From the NCBI GenBank assembly GCA_041736305.1, contig JBGSTX010000333.1:1-31843 (forward strand): a DNA stretch of 31,843 bases, given 5' to 3'. The notes under the pieces are model-generated. The model was not told the origin of the DNA. It did not search any database and saw only the letters and a program-made list of their open reading frames with translations. The DNA is from Oligoflexus sp. Its GTDB lineage: Bacteria; Bdellovibrionota_B; Oligoflexia; Oligoflexales; Oligoflexaceae. The position numbers were made by a program, and so were the translations under genes. Below, piece by piece: positions 1-11,160 of this stretch; positions within the stretch are counted from its first letter, which is position 1, and the number at the start of each line of letters is the position of its first letter.

Positions 1-778
1 GCAGCTGCTTATCGATAGTCATCTCGAGATCTGAGCCTGGAACTGCCGCAACACTTGGGAACTTCCAGCCTTTTTCTTCAAAGCCTTCGGTTTGACGTCC
101 GAATGCATCGACCTGAATCAGCCGATAGCCGCGCTTGCCCCGCAGATAAGGTTCCCAGCGCGCTTCGAGTCCTTGTTTTCCCACCAGGTCGCCGATCTGA
201 TAAGGATTGTCTTCCGAATTTTTGGAGATGGCCTTCAGGCTTTTCGGATCAATCTCTTTCAGATAGCCGATGAGGTGAGGCGGTATGTCGGCAGTATAGT
301 CGCGGCGAGGCGCAACACGCACTTCGATCCCTGGGAGAAAGAGTTTGTTGGCCTCGATAATCGAGACCTCGTGCTGTGAAAGGTTGCGCTTGAGAGCTAT
401 GGGCAAGAATTTAGGTTGTCCTTGGACCATCTCTAGGCGCGATTCAAAGCGTCTGGTAGGGACGTGCAGGAGACGCGAGAGGATTTTAAAGGTCGTATCG
501 CGGTCTTTCACGTACTGAGGGATGTAAACGAGGTCAAAGAAAGGGCTGTTGCCGAGAATGACTTCGCCGTTCCGATCATAAATAATTCCTCGCGGAGCTG
601 GAATCTCGATCTTCCTGACCCGATTTCGCTCTGAGATGTCGACGTAATAGGCCCCTTTATAGATCTGTATGTACCAGAGGCGGAAGAGAAGTCCGCTGAG
701 CACCAACAGCACTGCGAGACTCGCCCAGAGGAAGCGCGATTCAACCAGCAGACTCTCTTGTTTATGAATGCGAGTCAT
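1..778 (-). CDS. mrdA: Penicillin-binding protein 2 (5' portion; runs off the window edge)
   Basis: Not in the ORF track. Read by hand from ATG at 778, which overlaps the mreD stop (ATGA): MTRIHKQESLLVESRFLWASLAVLLVLSGLLFRLWYIQIYKG...ERNRVRKIEIPAPRGIIYDRNG. This is a TM helix plus the PBP dimerisation motif RGxIxDRNG, in canonical position after mreBCD. Confidence 0.93.
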   Translation of the reverse strand, partial: MTRIHKQESLLVESRFLWASLAVLLVLSGLLFRLWYIQIYKGAYYVDISERNRVRKIEIPAPRGIIYDRNGEVILGNSPFFDLVYIPQYVKDRDTTFKILSRLLHVPTRRFESRLEMVQGQPKFLPIALKRNLSQHEVSIIEANKLFLPGIEVRVAPRRDYTADIPPHLIGYLKEIDPKSLKAISKNSEDNPYQIGDLVGKQGLEARWEPYLRGKRGYRLIQVDAFGRQTEGFEEKGWKFPSVAAVPGSDLEMTIDKQL

Positions 779-1344
779 TGGGGAACTGGCTCCTCGGCGT
801 CGATATTCATCCATTCCCGCGACAGGTACATCCCAAATCCCGTGGCCACCCCGAGTCGGAGCAGGGCTTGCAGATAGTAATGGGGTTTGAGAAGGAGATC
901 GGCCTGCAGAAAATTAATAACAAAACTTTCGAAAAGTAGCACCCAGAGAGTTGCTCCCAGGTAGCATACAAGCCAGGGTAAGCGATAACGCCACGATAGG
1001 GCAGGCCTGATTTGGATGAGAAAACTGCAGAGGATCCAATAGGTACAGATATATATTCCCGCGGGCACGGCTAGTCTAGTTTCAAGAACCAGGGCACCAC
1101 AGCTCGCGAGGAGCATAGCTTGCAAGGGCTTTTGTCGGATGCAGGTGACGACGAGCCAGGGAGTCATCAGATCCACATAGCCATTGACTCCAAACAGACT
1201 AGGAAAGATCGTCGTTTGAATAAAGGCAATCCAAAGCACGAAAAGCACGTCTTTGAGAATTTGGCCGGTGTTGGGCCGCGGTCGCCAGTCGAGGAGAGCT
1301 AGCCGAACCTGAGATACAAAATCTTTGCGATCAAGCAAATCCAT
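775..1344 (-). CDS. mreD: Rod shape-determining protein MreD (divergent)
   Basis: Multi-pass hydrophobic protein between mreC and mrdA. Start placed at ATG 1344, 1 nt after the mreC stop; the track's 1389 start overlaps mreC. Confidence 0.75.
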   Translation of the reverse strand: MDLLDRKDFVSQVRLALLDWRPRPNTGQILKDVLFVLWIAFIQTTIFPSLFGVNGYVDLMTPWLVVTCIRQKPLQAMLLASCGALVLETRLAVPAGIYICTYWILCSFLIQIRPALSWRYRLPWLVCYLGATLWVLLFESFVINFLQADLLLKPHYYLQALLRLGVATGFGMYLSREWMNIDAEEPVPQ

Positions 1345-1345
1345 A

Positions 1346-2233
1346 TTAGCCACCCTTTTCCTCCTCAAAGGGTTTGTTGAGCCAGGCATCGCCGGCCGTT
1401 TCCATTATTTTCTGGAGTTCCTGATCATGATTTTCCAGGACTATGACTTCTTCTATGCTATCGAAGTCAGTCCACGGCTCAACTGTGATGGTCTGAGATA
1501 TGTTGTCTGACTCGTAGCTGATCCTCACCACCCGTCCGATTGGAAGTCCCTTGCTGAAACCACCGATGATACCTGAAGTGACGAGCGTATCACCGATACG
1601 CACTTCAGCGCGTCGGTTGAGTTTGAGGACGCAGTGGCTATCGGCTCCTTTGAGTACGCCCCGGACCCGTGTGCGTTGGAGGAGCACGTCGAGGTTAAAG
1701 TTGGAATCGATCAGGAGATGAACATCGGCGAATTTCTGACCAGTCCGTATCACACGACCGACAACGCCTTCAGCCGTAACCGCCGGCATGCCTATTTTCA
1801 CGCCATCGCTCTTGCCTTTGCTGATCCTGATCGTTTTGAAGCTGGGATAAGAGCGAGTGCCAATCACTTCACCGACTATGTGTGTGCCCTGAAAGTGCTG
1901 GGCGAAGCCCACCAGCTTCCGGAGCCGAACGATCTCCTGCTGTTTTTCTTCGTAGTCGAGCAGCTTGGTCTTGAGGAGGTTGAGCTTAGTATGCAGGTCG
2001 GTATTTTCTTTGGAGACTTCAGTAAGGGCAACGTAATGTGACCAAACGCCTACCACTAGTCCCGAGCCCGCGTTCCACAGATATTCGAAGGGGTAGAGAA
2101 TTTCCTGGGCAATGAGGGAAAGCTGCGACGAGCTGGTCCAGGGGCGAAGAGTCGAAGAGAAAAATACAAAAGGCGATAGCAGCGATACGACCAGCATCAC
2201 TCGCCACAGCACACGCGTCTTGCTCCTAACCAT
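1346..2233 (-). CDS. mreC: Rod shape-determining protein MreC
   Basis: N-terminal TM, coiled coil, then ISKGKSDGVKIGMPAV..GVVGRV and GDTLVTSG..GGFSKGLPIG motifs; lies downstream of mreB. Confidence 0.95.
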   Translation of the reverse strand: MVRSKTRVLWRVMLVVSLLSPFVFFSSTLRPWTSSSQLSLIAQEILYPFEYLWNAGSGLVVGVWSHYVALTEVSKENTDLHTKLNLLKTKLLDYEEKQQEIVRLRKLVGFAQHFQGTHIVGEVIGTRSYPSFKTIRISKGKSDGVKIGMPAVTAEGVVGRVIRTGQKFADVHLLIDSNFNLDVLLQRTRVRGVLKGADSHCVLKLNRRAEVRIGDTLVTSGIIGGFSKGLPIGRVVRISYESDNISQTITVEPWTDFDSIEEVIVLENHDQELQKIMETAGDAWLNKPFEEEKGG

Positions 2234-2392
2234 TTATTCTCCGCTGAAGGCAGCCCGTAAGCAGCTTCCCGAAACTGTCGTATTACTTGATGGGAACAGG
2301 CTTGCGCCTTGATATCCCCTTTCGAGGCTGCTTCTAGGCAGAGGGTTGGAGCCTAAAGCCTGAAAAGGCTATCAGGCTCCACGTGACGGCTA

Positions 2393-3430
<1,038 letters not shown>

Positions 3431-3706
3431 CTATCTCCTGTTTCCAATATACGTGTTTCGGTTTGCAGCTTATTATTAAAGCACGTTCTCTGGCATCCTC
3501 CAAATAAAGAGTGCGCGGCATTCCAAAATACTGCCGTGCCTCACTGCTGCGACTTCGCCTCAGGGATTTCTGCGCGCGTAAGTCTGGAATCCAACTTAAC
3601 GCTTCGTTTGGAGTTGTGATAAACATGAAAGCCTAGTTTATAATCAAGCTTGTCTGCGTCATTAAGATAGAAAAGCGGGCTGGGATGGCCATGAAAGGGT
3701 TGAGGG

Positions 3707-5296
3707 ATGTTTAAGTGGAAAAAATCGGCGGATCTGGACTCCAATACTTTTTTCAAATCATGGCAGGCCTATACGGTACTCGTGCTTGCCATGGGCGCCA
3801 TGATGTTTTTTGGGGTCTGTCAACCTGATGGGGGAACTCAATGGGTTCCTGGGGGCTCGGCCGCGGCTGTCGACGGCGTCGAAGTAGGAGCTATGGAGTT
3901 CCGCCGCGCGCATATCGCGCTCTCCAATCAGATGCAGCAACAGTATCGCGATAAATTCGATCCAGTTGCCATGCGCGTAGCCGAGCAGACTCTCAATAGC
4001 ATCGTCGATAATTTGACTCTCTTCGTCGAAGCGAGTCGCAACGGTTTCTACGCTTCGGATGAGGAGCTCGACAAGGTCATCCTGGAAGGCGATTATTTTA
4101 AAGGGCAAAACGGCCAGTTCGATCCCGAATTGTTTCAGCGTTTTCTCAAATCGCAGGGCCACACCGAAAGATCGTTTACCGATGAGCTGCGGCGGAACAT
4201 TGTTTCGAGCAAGCTGCGCACCTTCGTGACCAGTACTTACCGGGGTTCTGAGAAAGTCGCTGAGGTCAATTACATGATCGATCAAACCAAACTCAACATC
4301 GATTTCCTGCGTCTTGATCCCAACTTGGTACCCATCAAGATCGAAAGCGCTGAGATTGAAAAATTTCTGAAAGACGGTGGCGAGGCCAAGGTCAAAGACT
4401 ACTACGAAAAAAATAAGTCTGAATTTGTCCAGGAACAGAAGGTCAAGGCGCGGCACATCCTGATTGCCTACAAGGACGCGCGAGCAGCATCTGGAGACGC
4501 TGTGAAGCGGAGCAAGGAAGAGGCTAAGGCCCTCGCAAGCAAAGTCGAGGCTGAAGCTAAAGCCCCTGCTGCCAATTTCGCGAAGCTGGCGGAGAAATAC
4601 ACTGATGAGGCCGCAGGCAAGGCGAAAGGTGGGGACTTGGGTTTTTTCCGGAAGGATCAGATGGTCAAGGAATTCGCAGACGTCGCGTTTAGCCTACAGC
4701 CTGGTCAAGTCAGTAACGTGGTCGAGACTCCTTTCGGCTTTCACATCATCCGCGTCGATGGCTTACAAGAACCTAAATCTGTGAGCCTCGAGCAAGCCAA
4801 GAACGAAATCGCTGAGAAGTTGATTGCCAAGGATAAAAAGCCGAAGCTTCTCGAGGAGAAAGCCACTGCGCTCTTGGCCGCTCTCAAAGAAGGCAAAGGT
4901 CAAGGAGAGCTCGCGGCACTAGGTATCGCCTGGAAGGAGACCGGTGACTTCAATATGGGCGCGCGCGTGATTCCAGGCGGTTTAGGACCTGATCCGGAGC
5001 TTCGCCAGGCTGTGCTTGCTCTGAAAAAGCCGGGTGAAATAAGCCCGAAGGCTTTGGCTGTCAATGGCTCTCACTACATCCTTCGCTTGAAAAGCCGAAC
5101 TGATGCCGACCTGTCGAAGATGGATGCTAAGGAGAAGGAGCAGATGCTCAGTTCCAGTCGCTTCATGGAAGCCTATAGCCTCTATACGTCTCTCACGGGT
5201 GGTTTAAGGTCTCGCTACGAGCAAGCGAAGAAAATCTACCGAAACCCTGAATATCTGCAGTACGACGCCAAGATGCGAGGACCGGGCGAAAGCTGA
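3707..5296 (+). CDS. ppiD: Membrane-anchored periplasmic chaperone/parvulin PPIase (PpiD/SurA N-terminal domain family)
   Basis: N-terminal TM, SurA_N-like helical region, parvulin motifs ARHILI, KGGDLGFF, MVKEF and VETPFGFHII. Confidence 0.8.
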   Translation: MFKWKKSADLDSNTFFKSWQAYTVLVLAMGAMMFFGVCQPDGGTQWVPGGSAAAVDGVEVGAMEFRRAHIALSNQMQQQYRDKFDPVAMRVAEQTLNSIVDNLTLFVEASRNGFYASDEELDKVILEGDYFKGQNGQFDPELFQRFLKSQGHTERSFTDELRRNIVSSKLRTFVTSTYRGSEKVAEVNYMIDQTKLNIDFLRLDPNLVPIKIESAEIEKFLKDGGEAKVKDYYEKNKSEFVQEQKVKARHILIAYKDARAASGDAVKRSKEEAKALASKVEAEAKAPAANFAKLAEKYTDEAAGKAKGGDLGFFRKDQMVKEFADVAFSLQPGQVSNVVETPFGFHIIRVDGLQEPKSVSLEQAKNEIAEKLIAKDKKPKLLEEKATALLAALKEGKGQGELAALGIAWKETGDFNMGARVIPGGLGPDPELRQAVLALKKPGEISPKALAVNGSHYILRLKSRTDADLSKMDAKEKEQMLSSSRFMEAYSLYTSLTGGLRSRYEQAKKIYRNPEYLQYDAKMRGPGES

Positions 5297-5313
5297 AGGA
5301 AAAAGACCTTTCA

Positions 5314-5337
5314 GAGGATGGCTCCTAAGCCATCCTC
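5314..5337. terminator. Stem-loop downstream of ppiD
   Basis: GAGGATGGCT-CCTA-AGCCATCCTC, a perfect 10-bp stem 18 nt after the stop. The U-tract on the + strand is weak. Confidence 0.5.
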
Positions 5338-5476
5338 GAAGCCGTTTGTGGCGTTCGCTATTCTCAGCTTAATAGCCGCCCCGTCTGCGGCACGAAACAA
5401 TCGATAAAATAAGCGGCATTGCCTCGCCGGGAAGCAAGGAATGCCAAAAGTCTCTGGATCCTGGAATGAGGTCACT

Positions 5477-6367
5477 ATGGTGTCGGCGCTGATTTTACGC
5501 AAGCCCACGAATCTCGAGCAGCATTTGGCGCTTCAGGCTCAAAGCTTGCTGCCTCAGGCGATCGAGCCTTCCTACCTCGCCTTCATCACGCAGGCGGATC
5601 AGGAGCATTATTCCTGTTTGGACGTACTGAAGCAAAGTCTGAAGTTGCTTAACGTGGACTTCGACGAGGCTCAACGCGGCGAACCCTGGCCGAAGAAAGA
5701 TTTTGACTTCATCATAGCCTTGGGTGGCGATGGAACTCTTATTACAGCTAGCTACGGTGTGCATGGTGATACCCCCATTATCGGTATTAAATCGTCTTCG
5801 GCGAGCGTCGGCTATCTCTGTGCTGCGGATCAGAGTTCAGTCGATACCGTGATGAAGATGCTGCTCGGTGGGCAGCTCGAATTTCTACCTCGGCATCGCC
5901 TCCGGGCTGTGATTGCGCGGACCGACGGTTCTATCGAAAAATCACCTTATTTCGCCTTGAATGATTTCCTCTTTGCTGCGGCAAACCCGGCAGCTACCAC
6001 GCGCTACCGTATTGCAAACCAAGAGCGTATGGAAGTCCACAAGTCGAGTGGTATCTGGATTTCGACAGCTACTGGGAGTACGGCAGCAATCTCAGCGGCT
6101 GGTGGACTTCCCATGGTAGCAGACGATTATCGCTTTCAGTTCCGCGTACGGGAACTCTATCGTGCGCAGGGAGATGGCTTGATGATCAACGGTGGCTTTT
6201 CGAATCCAGCCGACAAATTCTTTTGGATAGAAAATCATTGTCCCGCAGCGATTCTTGCGCTTGATGGTGAGAAGTGGGAGATAAAAATCGGCTTCGGCGA
6301 TGTGCTTTCATTTGAAGCGGGGCCACCAGTCCGTGTCGCCTTGCGACCTCAGGATCTAAGCTTCTAA
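5477..6367 (+). CDS. nadK: NAD(+)/NADH kinase
   Basis: GGDGTL, LND and STATGSTA motifs. Start placed at ATG 5477, which follows GAGG. Confidence 0.88.
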   Translation: MVSALILRKPTNLEQHLALQAQSLLPQAIEPSYLAFITQADQEHYSCLDVLKQSLKLLNVDFDEAQRGEPWPKKDFDFIIALGGDGTLITASYGVHGDTPIIGIKSSSASVGYLCAADQSSVDTVMKMLLGGQLEFLPRHRLRAVIARTDGSIEKSPYFALNDFLFAAANPAATTRYRIANQERMEVHKSSGIWISTATGSTAAISAAGGLPMVADDYRFQFRVRELYRAQGDGLMINGGFSNPADKFFWIENHCPAAILALDGEKWEIKIGFGDVLSFEAGPPVRVALRPQDLSF

Positions 6368-6385
6368 TGCCAGCTCTTTTTTCGA

Positions 6386-7567
6386 CTAAAAGACGCCTTT
6401 TTCTCGCCAGATCTCCCCTCGGATGGTTTCTAAAATAAGGTCGTCGCCATCGTGCCCGAGCATATAATTATGCTGAATGGGTACCTTTCCGGAAGGGGTG
6501 TCGAGTGCATAAGTCGGGATACCCAGACCCGTGATGTTCCCGCGTAGCGACTTCATTATTTCCAGTCCACGGCGAACTGAGATTCTAAGATGCTCGGTGC
6601 CTTCGACCGCGTGCGGGTGAAACACGTAATAAGGCCTCGCTCGTATTTGGAGCAGGCGGCGACAGAGCGCCATCATTTTTTCGGGACTATCGTTGACGCC
6701 TCTGAGAAGTACAGCCTGGTTACCTACCGGTATCCCGCGATTCACCAGATTAGCTACGGCTTGGGCTGCCTCGGGACTTATTTCTTCAGCGCAGTTAAAG
6801 TGGGTGTTGACGTAGACGGGGTGATAGCGAGCCAGAGTTTCGGCCAGCTGCGTGGTCACACGATAAGGCAAGGTCACAGGAGTTCTGGTTCCAAAGCGAA
6901 TAATCTCCACGTGCGGAATCGCGCGCAGACGTTGCAAGAGATTTTCGAGGGCTTGGTCAGAGGCCATGAAGGCGTCGCCGCCGGTTATCAGCACATCGCG
7001 AATAGCCGGATTACTGGCAATGTAGGCAATGCCATTGTCGATAATCGTTCGATTGAAATGCAGTCCAACCTCCTCGTCCCGCCTTTTTCTGAAACAGTAG
7101 CGGCAGTAAACGGGACAGAGTTGAGCTACGCAGAAGGCGACCCGATCGGGATAGACATGAACGACTTCACGAACGGGTGAATGCGGAACTTCGGATAAAG
7201 GATCTTTAACGCCCAACCTGTCGACCATCTCTTCAGCCCGTGGTAGGGCTTGCAGTCGGATTGGGCATTCTTCACTTTCATCGTCTAGTCGAGGTGCCAT
7301 CAGCCCCATGTAGTAGGGCGTAATACCAGCATTGAAGAGGTGTCCGAGTTTTTCAAAACCGGTTTTTTCACGCGGTGTCAGCACTAAGATGGCAGAGGCC
7401 TGCTCGTAGCTGGCTACCTGGTGTTTCATTTGCCAGCGCCAGTTGACGAAGTTCTGAGGGGTGGTCGCAAATTTCTCAGCCGTACGAGCGGTGATGGAGG
7501 CAGGCTGCTCAGCAAATTGTAAAAACTCTTCAGGGATCAAATGCATTGCGGTATCCTTGCCTGCCAT
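6386..7567 (-). CDS. KamA-family radical SAM protein (lysine 2,3-aminomutase-like)
   Basis: CPVYCRYCFR (CxxxCxxC), LITGGD, IRFGTR, NQAVLLRGVND and GKVP (PLP lysine). Start could be 7546. Confidence 0.9.
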   Translation of the reverse strand: MAGKDTAMHLIPEEFLQFAEQPASITARTAEKFATTPQNFVNWRWQMKHQVASYEQASAILVLTPREKTGFEKLGHLFNAGITPYYMGLMAPRLDDESEECPIRLQALPRAEEMVDRLGVKDPLSEVPHSPVREVVHVYPDRVAFCVAQLCPVYCRYCFRKRRDEEVGLHFNRTIIDNGIAYIASNPAIRDVLITGGDAFMASDQALENLLQRLRAIPHVEIIRFGTRTPVTLPYRVTTQLAETLARYHPVYVNTHFNCAEEISPEAAQAVANLVNRGIPVGNQAVLLRGVNDSPEKMMALCRRLLQIRARPYYVFHPHAVEGTEHLRISVRRGLEIMKSLRGNITGLGIPTYALDTPSGKVPIQHNYMLGHDGDDLILETIRGEIWREKGVF

Positions 7568-7630
7568 TTTCTGTGCCTAATATGTCTTAGTGACCTTCCC
7601 CTGTCCCGCCGCATTGTAGAGGAGCTTCTG

Positions 7631-8278
7631 ATGAAGATCAATCGCCTGGTTCTAGCTTCCACTTCGATTTATCGGCGGCAGCTCCTCGAGCAGGTCGGTA
7701 TACGAGTCGATAGTGGACAGCCTCTTTGCGACGAGTCCGCCATAGGCGGAAAAAATCCCGAGGAAATCGCTAGAAACCGTAGCGAGGCCAAAGGCCTTTC
7801 CCTCAAATCTCTCGCCAATCAGGCCCCTTTTCTGGCTTTGGCGGCCGACCAAGTTCTCGACTTTCAGAACCAGGCCTACGGGAAGGCCTATAGTCGCCAA
7901 GAAGCAGCAGAGCGTCTGGCTCTCTTCCAAGGTAAAACTCATCTCCTTCACAGTGCCTATTGCCTCGTATACTACGACGGTCTCAGCCAAGCACGCATTC
8001 TCAAGAGTCGCGTAGTCTCTGCAAAAATGCACATGCGCAGATTAATGGATGATGAGATTGAAGCTTACCTGGATATCGGCGAGTGGCAAGGCTGTGCAGG
8101 TTCCTATCAGTACGAAAATCGGGGCATGCAGCTCTTCGATCGTTTGGAGGGTGATATGTCAACCGTTGTAGGTCTACCGCTGCCCCATCTTTTAGCTGAT
8201 TTGAGGGCTTTGGGTATCAACCCCCTTTTGCAAGCTGCGGGGCCTTGGGAGTGCGTAACAGCCCCGTCTTTTTCTTGA
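7631..8278 (+). CDS. maf: Maf-family nucleotide pyrophosphatase (YceF-like)
   Basis: LVLASTSIYRRQLL, AADQV, CAGSY and VVGLPL motifs. ATG 7631 follows GAGGAG. Confidence 0.9.
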   Translation: MKINRLVLASTSIYRRQLLEQVGIRVDSGQPLCDESAIGGKNPEEIARNRSEAKGLSLKSLANQAPFLALAADQVLDFQNQAYGKAYSRQEAAERLALFQGKTHLLHSAYCLVYYDGLSQARILKSRVVSAKMHMRRLMDDEIEAYLDIGEWQGCAGSYQYENRGMQLFDRLEGDMSTVVGLPLPHLLADLRALGINPLLQAAGPWECVTAPSFS

Positions 8279-8951
8279 GGCCAGAGGCTGTTTTGAGGGT
8301 TGGGAGTTGAGCGCTCGGACAGAGTTCATTCAGAACGCAGGTCGCACATGCAGGACTAATGGCTTTGCAAACGTAGCGTCCGTGCAAGAGAAGATAGTGG
8401 TGTGCTCCCGGTAGAAAGCTGGGGTCGATGATGGCGAGTAGCTGACGTTCAGCTTTTTCAGGCGTCGAAGCGTCCTGCAGACCAAGGCGCTTGCTCACGC
8501 GAAAGACATGCGTGTCGACGGCGAGAGTCGGTTCGTTGAAGAGTTCTCCTAGTATAACATTAGCCGTTTTACGACCAACGCCGGGCAGTTCCTCGAGTTC
8601 CTCGCGCGTCTTCGGAACACTTCCTGGGTAGCGATCCTGAATAATCTGACTCAATTTATGAACATTTTTAGCTTTGGTTGGTGCCAGTCCAATCGAGCGA
8701 ATGCGTTCCAAAAATCCAGCCTCGCCCCATTCCAAAACGTTCTCGGGCCCAAAGCCAGCATCATAAAGCGGCTGCATGACTCGATTGACCATCTTGTCGG
8801 TATTTTTCGCCGATAGAACGACGGAAACGAGGAGCTGAAAAGGAGTGAGGTAATAGAGCTCACAACGGGCATCCGGAATTGAGAGTCGGAGCCGTTCGAG
8901 GATAAGGTGGGCCCGAGTCCGCCTCTGATTTTTAGGGAGAAGGATGGGCAC
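8217..8951 (-). CDS. nth: Endonuclease III
   Basis: HhH motif LPGVGRKTANV, VDTHVFR and [4Fe-4S] motif C-x6-C-x2-C-x5-C (CKAISPACATCVLNELC). GTG start. Confidence 0.95.
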   Translation of the reverse strand: MPILLPKNQRRTRAHLILERLRLSIPDARCELYYLTPFQLLVSVVLSAKNTDKMVNRVMQPLYDAGFGPENVLEWGEAGFLERIRSIGLAPTKAKNVHKLSQIIQDRYPGSVPKTREELEELPGVGRKTANVILGELFNEPTLAVDTHVFRVSKRLGLQDASTPEKAERQLLAIIDPSFLPGAHHYLLLHGRYVCKAISPACATCVLNELCPSAQLPTLKTASGLKKKTGLLRTPKAPQLAKGG

Positions 8952-8957
8952 CTGTAT

Positions 8958-9239
8958 TTACTCCGAAACTTCCAGAGTCACGTCACCGTAAACTTTGCAC
9001 TGGCAAGCCAAACGTTCGTTGGGTTCGGCCGCCATGGTTTCCAGAAAATCACGCTCGTCATCTTGCATCGGGCTGATATGCTCAGCGCCACCGATAACGC
9101 GGACCATGCAAGCGCCGCAGGCTCCGTCACGACAACCGAAAAGGATGGATGTATCGTGCTCTTCGCACATATCGATCAGGGCATAACCGTCTTTCACGTC
9201 TAGCGTCAAATTGTCGGTTTTGATGTTCACCTTTGGCAT
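8958..9239 (-). CDS. [2Fe-2S] ferredoxin
   Basis: FGCRDGACGAC...RLACQ; RBS AGGAG upstream; 6 nt ahead of nth. Confidence 0.92.
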   Translation of the reverse strand: MPKVNIKTDNLTLDVKDGYALIDMCEEHDTSILFGCRDGACGACMVRVIGGAEHISPMQDDERDFLETMAAEPNERLACQCKVYGDVTLEVSE

Positions 9240-9601
9240 ATATTCTCCTGTGCACAGCGGGTGCTGCTCCTATCGAGAGCGGATCCAAATATAGAGACGC
9301 GGGCTATTTTGTCCAGCTCTATTCCAGATATTGACTGATAAAAGGCCCCAATTGGAATCATTGAATCCAGGTTCATCAAGCTTCCTCGAAGGAAACCGTG
9401 TCCGCTAGAGTAAGATCCGCAGCAAGGCACGCTCTTATGGCTGACAATGCCTGCCGAAGCCATTTGATCTCATGACCAACTCAAGGACTTCGTTTATCCT
9501 AAAAAAGTTCAAAACGGAATTTCTGTCCAAGCTAGGACTGAGCTGTTAATCTCAGTGCCTTTCACTTGAGAGATGCTGCTTATAGCGTTTCGGGGGTCAA
9601 A

Positions 9602-11134
9602 ATGAGTCAGGAGAAGTCGGGTCACGAAGTCAAACTCTTTGGATGGAACCTTAGGTCTTGGCTTGAAGTAAGCAAAAGCAGTAGCCAGAACGCCAGCGGA
9701 AACACGGAGGCGGAAATCGTTTACTGTGCTTCAAGCAGCGGCGCCCAGACTCAGCTTGCGAAGTACAAATCTCTCCTGCCTGATTGGCAGACACAAAATA
9801 TCAATATTGAAGAAGGTGATCTCTGGGTCTTCCACGGACGAGAAGGACCCTTAGTTCTCTTGAAGCCGCGGCCTCTTTCTGAAGCACAGAAGAGAGACGG
9901 TGGACAGCTCGCTCCCAGCAGCTATGCAGCCGCGCGCGATCTCTTTGGGCGGGCATTTGCCGAATTGAAAAAGATGAAGCCTGCTGGCTTGCGGCTTCGT
10001 TTTGAAGGTGCCACTCGCAGCGAAATTCTCGGTGCGCTGGTAGGTCTCGAACTGGCCGCTTATTCCTACAAGGCAGCACTGAATCCTGAGCTAATGGTCC
10101 TTCCCGCGTTGAAGCTCGAAGTCGATCAGGCTCTGCTGCAGGAAGCGAGTCGTCTGGGGCAGGGTATCAATATCGCTCGTCACCTCGTCAACACTCCACC
10201 GAACATTCTTTATCCTGAAGCTTTCGCTCATGCCATCGCTCAGCTTTTCGAGGCTCATCCCGAGGTCGCCGTTGAAATTTGGGACATGGAGCGACTCAAG
10301 CGCGAGCAAATGGGTCTTCTTTTAGCTGTAGGTCAGGCCTCCGAGCATCGTCCCTGTCTCGTGCGTCTGCGCTATCGACCGCGTGGGGTAGCAGCTGTAA
10401 ATCCTATAGCTCTGGTTGGGAAGGGTATTACTTTCGATTCCGGGGGCCTCGACATTAAAGATGCCGGTGGCATGCGTCTAATGAAGAAAGATATGGGGGG
10501 TGCCGCCGCAGTAGTCGGAGCTATCTTCACTCTGGTGAAGAATCAGGTACAGACCCCTGTCGACGTTTATGTGCCGCTCGCAGAAAATGCTATTTCAGGG
10601 CGCGCGTTTCGTCCCGGCGACATCATCAAGTCTCGCAAAGGCATAACGGTAGAAATTCACAACACCGATGCAGAAGGTCGCCTTATTCTCGCTGATGCGA
10701 TGGCGCTGGCCACGGCTGCTGAGGGCGACGATAAGCCGGCGGCTGTGGTGGTTGCTGCCACCCTCACGGGGGCGATCAAGGTTGGGCTTGGTTCTGATGT
10801 GGCAGGCTTTTTTTCCAGTGACGACGAACTGGCTTCACGGCTAAGTCGTGAAGCTCAAACGTTTGGCGATCTCATGTGGCGAATGCCTCTCTTTGAGGGC
10901 TATCGGCCCAAGCTTGAGACCCCTGTAGCTGATATCGTACACTGTGCGACTGGTTCCTATGGTGGGGCTATCACTGCGGCGCTCTTTCTCGCTGAATTTG
11001 CCAAGGGATTTCCGCTCGTACACATGGATATCTACGCCTGGACCGACGGCGAAAAGGGCGCTCTGCGCGAGGCGGGTGGCAACGGTCAAGCGGTACAGGC
11101 TATCGTCGGACTCGTGCAGAGTTACCAGCGTTAA
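9602..11134 (+). CDS. Leucyl aminopeptidase family protein (M17)
   Basis: GKGITFDSGG, MKKDMGG, ENA and NTDAEGRL motifs. Start placed at ATG 9602. Confidence 0.93.
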   Translation: MSQEKSGHEVKLFGWNLRSWLEVSKSSSQNASGNTEAEIVYCASSSGAQTQLAKYKSLLPDWQTQNINIEEGDLWVFHGREGPLVLLKPRPLSEAQKRDGGQLAPSSYAAARDLFGRAFAELKKMKPAGLRLRFEGATRSEILGALVGLELAAYSYKAALNPELMVLPALKLEVDQALLQEASRLGQGINIARHLVNTPPNILYPEAFAHAIAQLFEAHPEVAVEIWDMERLKREQMGLLLAVGQASEHRPCLVRLRYRPRGVAAVNPIALVGKGITFDSGGLDIKDAGGMRLMKKDMGGAAAVVGAIFTLVKNQVQTPVDVYVPLAENAISGRAFRPGDIIKSRKGITVEIHNTDAEGRLILADAMALATAAEGDDKPAAVVVAATLTGAIKVGLGSDVAGFFSSDDELASRLSREAQTFGDLMWRMPLFEGYRPKLETPVADIVHCATGSYGGAITAALFLAEFAKGFPLVHMDIYAWTDGEKGALREAGGNGQAVQAIVGLVQSYQR

Positions 11135-11160
11135 GCAGTTCACTAAAAAGGGAGATTTAG

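Noticed and set aside
55-744. Short ORFs 55-273, 92-379 and 508-744 in the track
   Set aside because: They are shadows of mrdA, which the track missed because it runs off the window.
9227-9600. 78-aa ORF or possible ncRNA between the ferredoxin and aminopeptidase genes
   Set aside because: No convincing RBS or protein motif, and no RNA family recognised; treated as a divergent promoter region.
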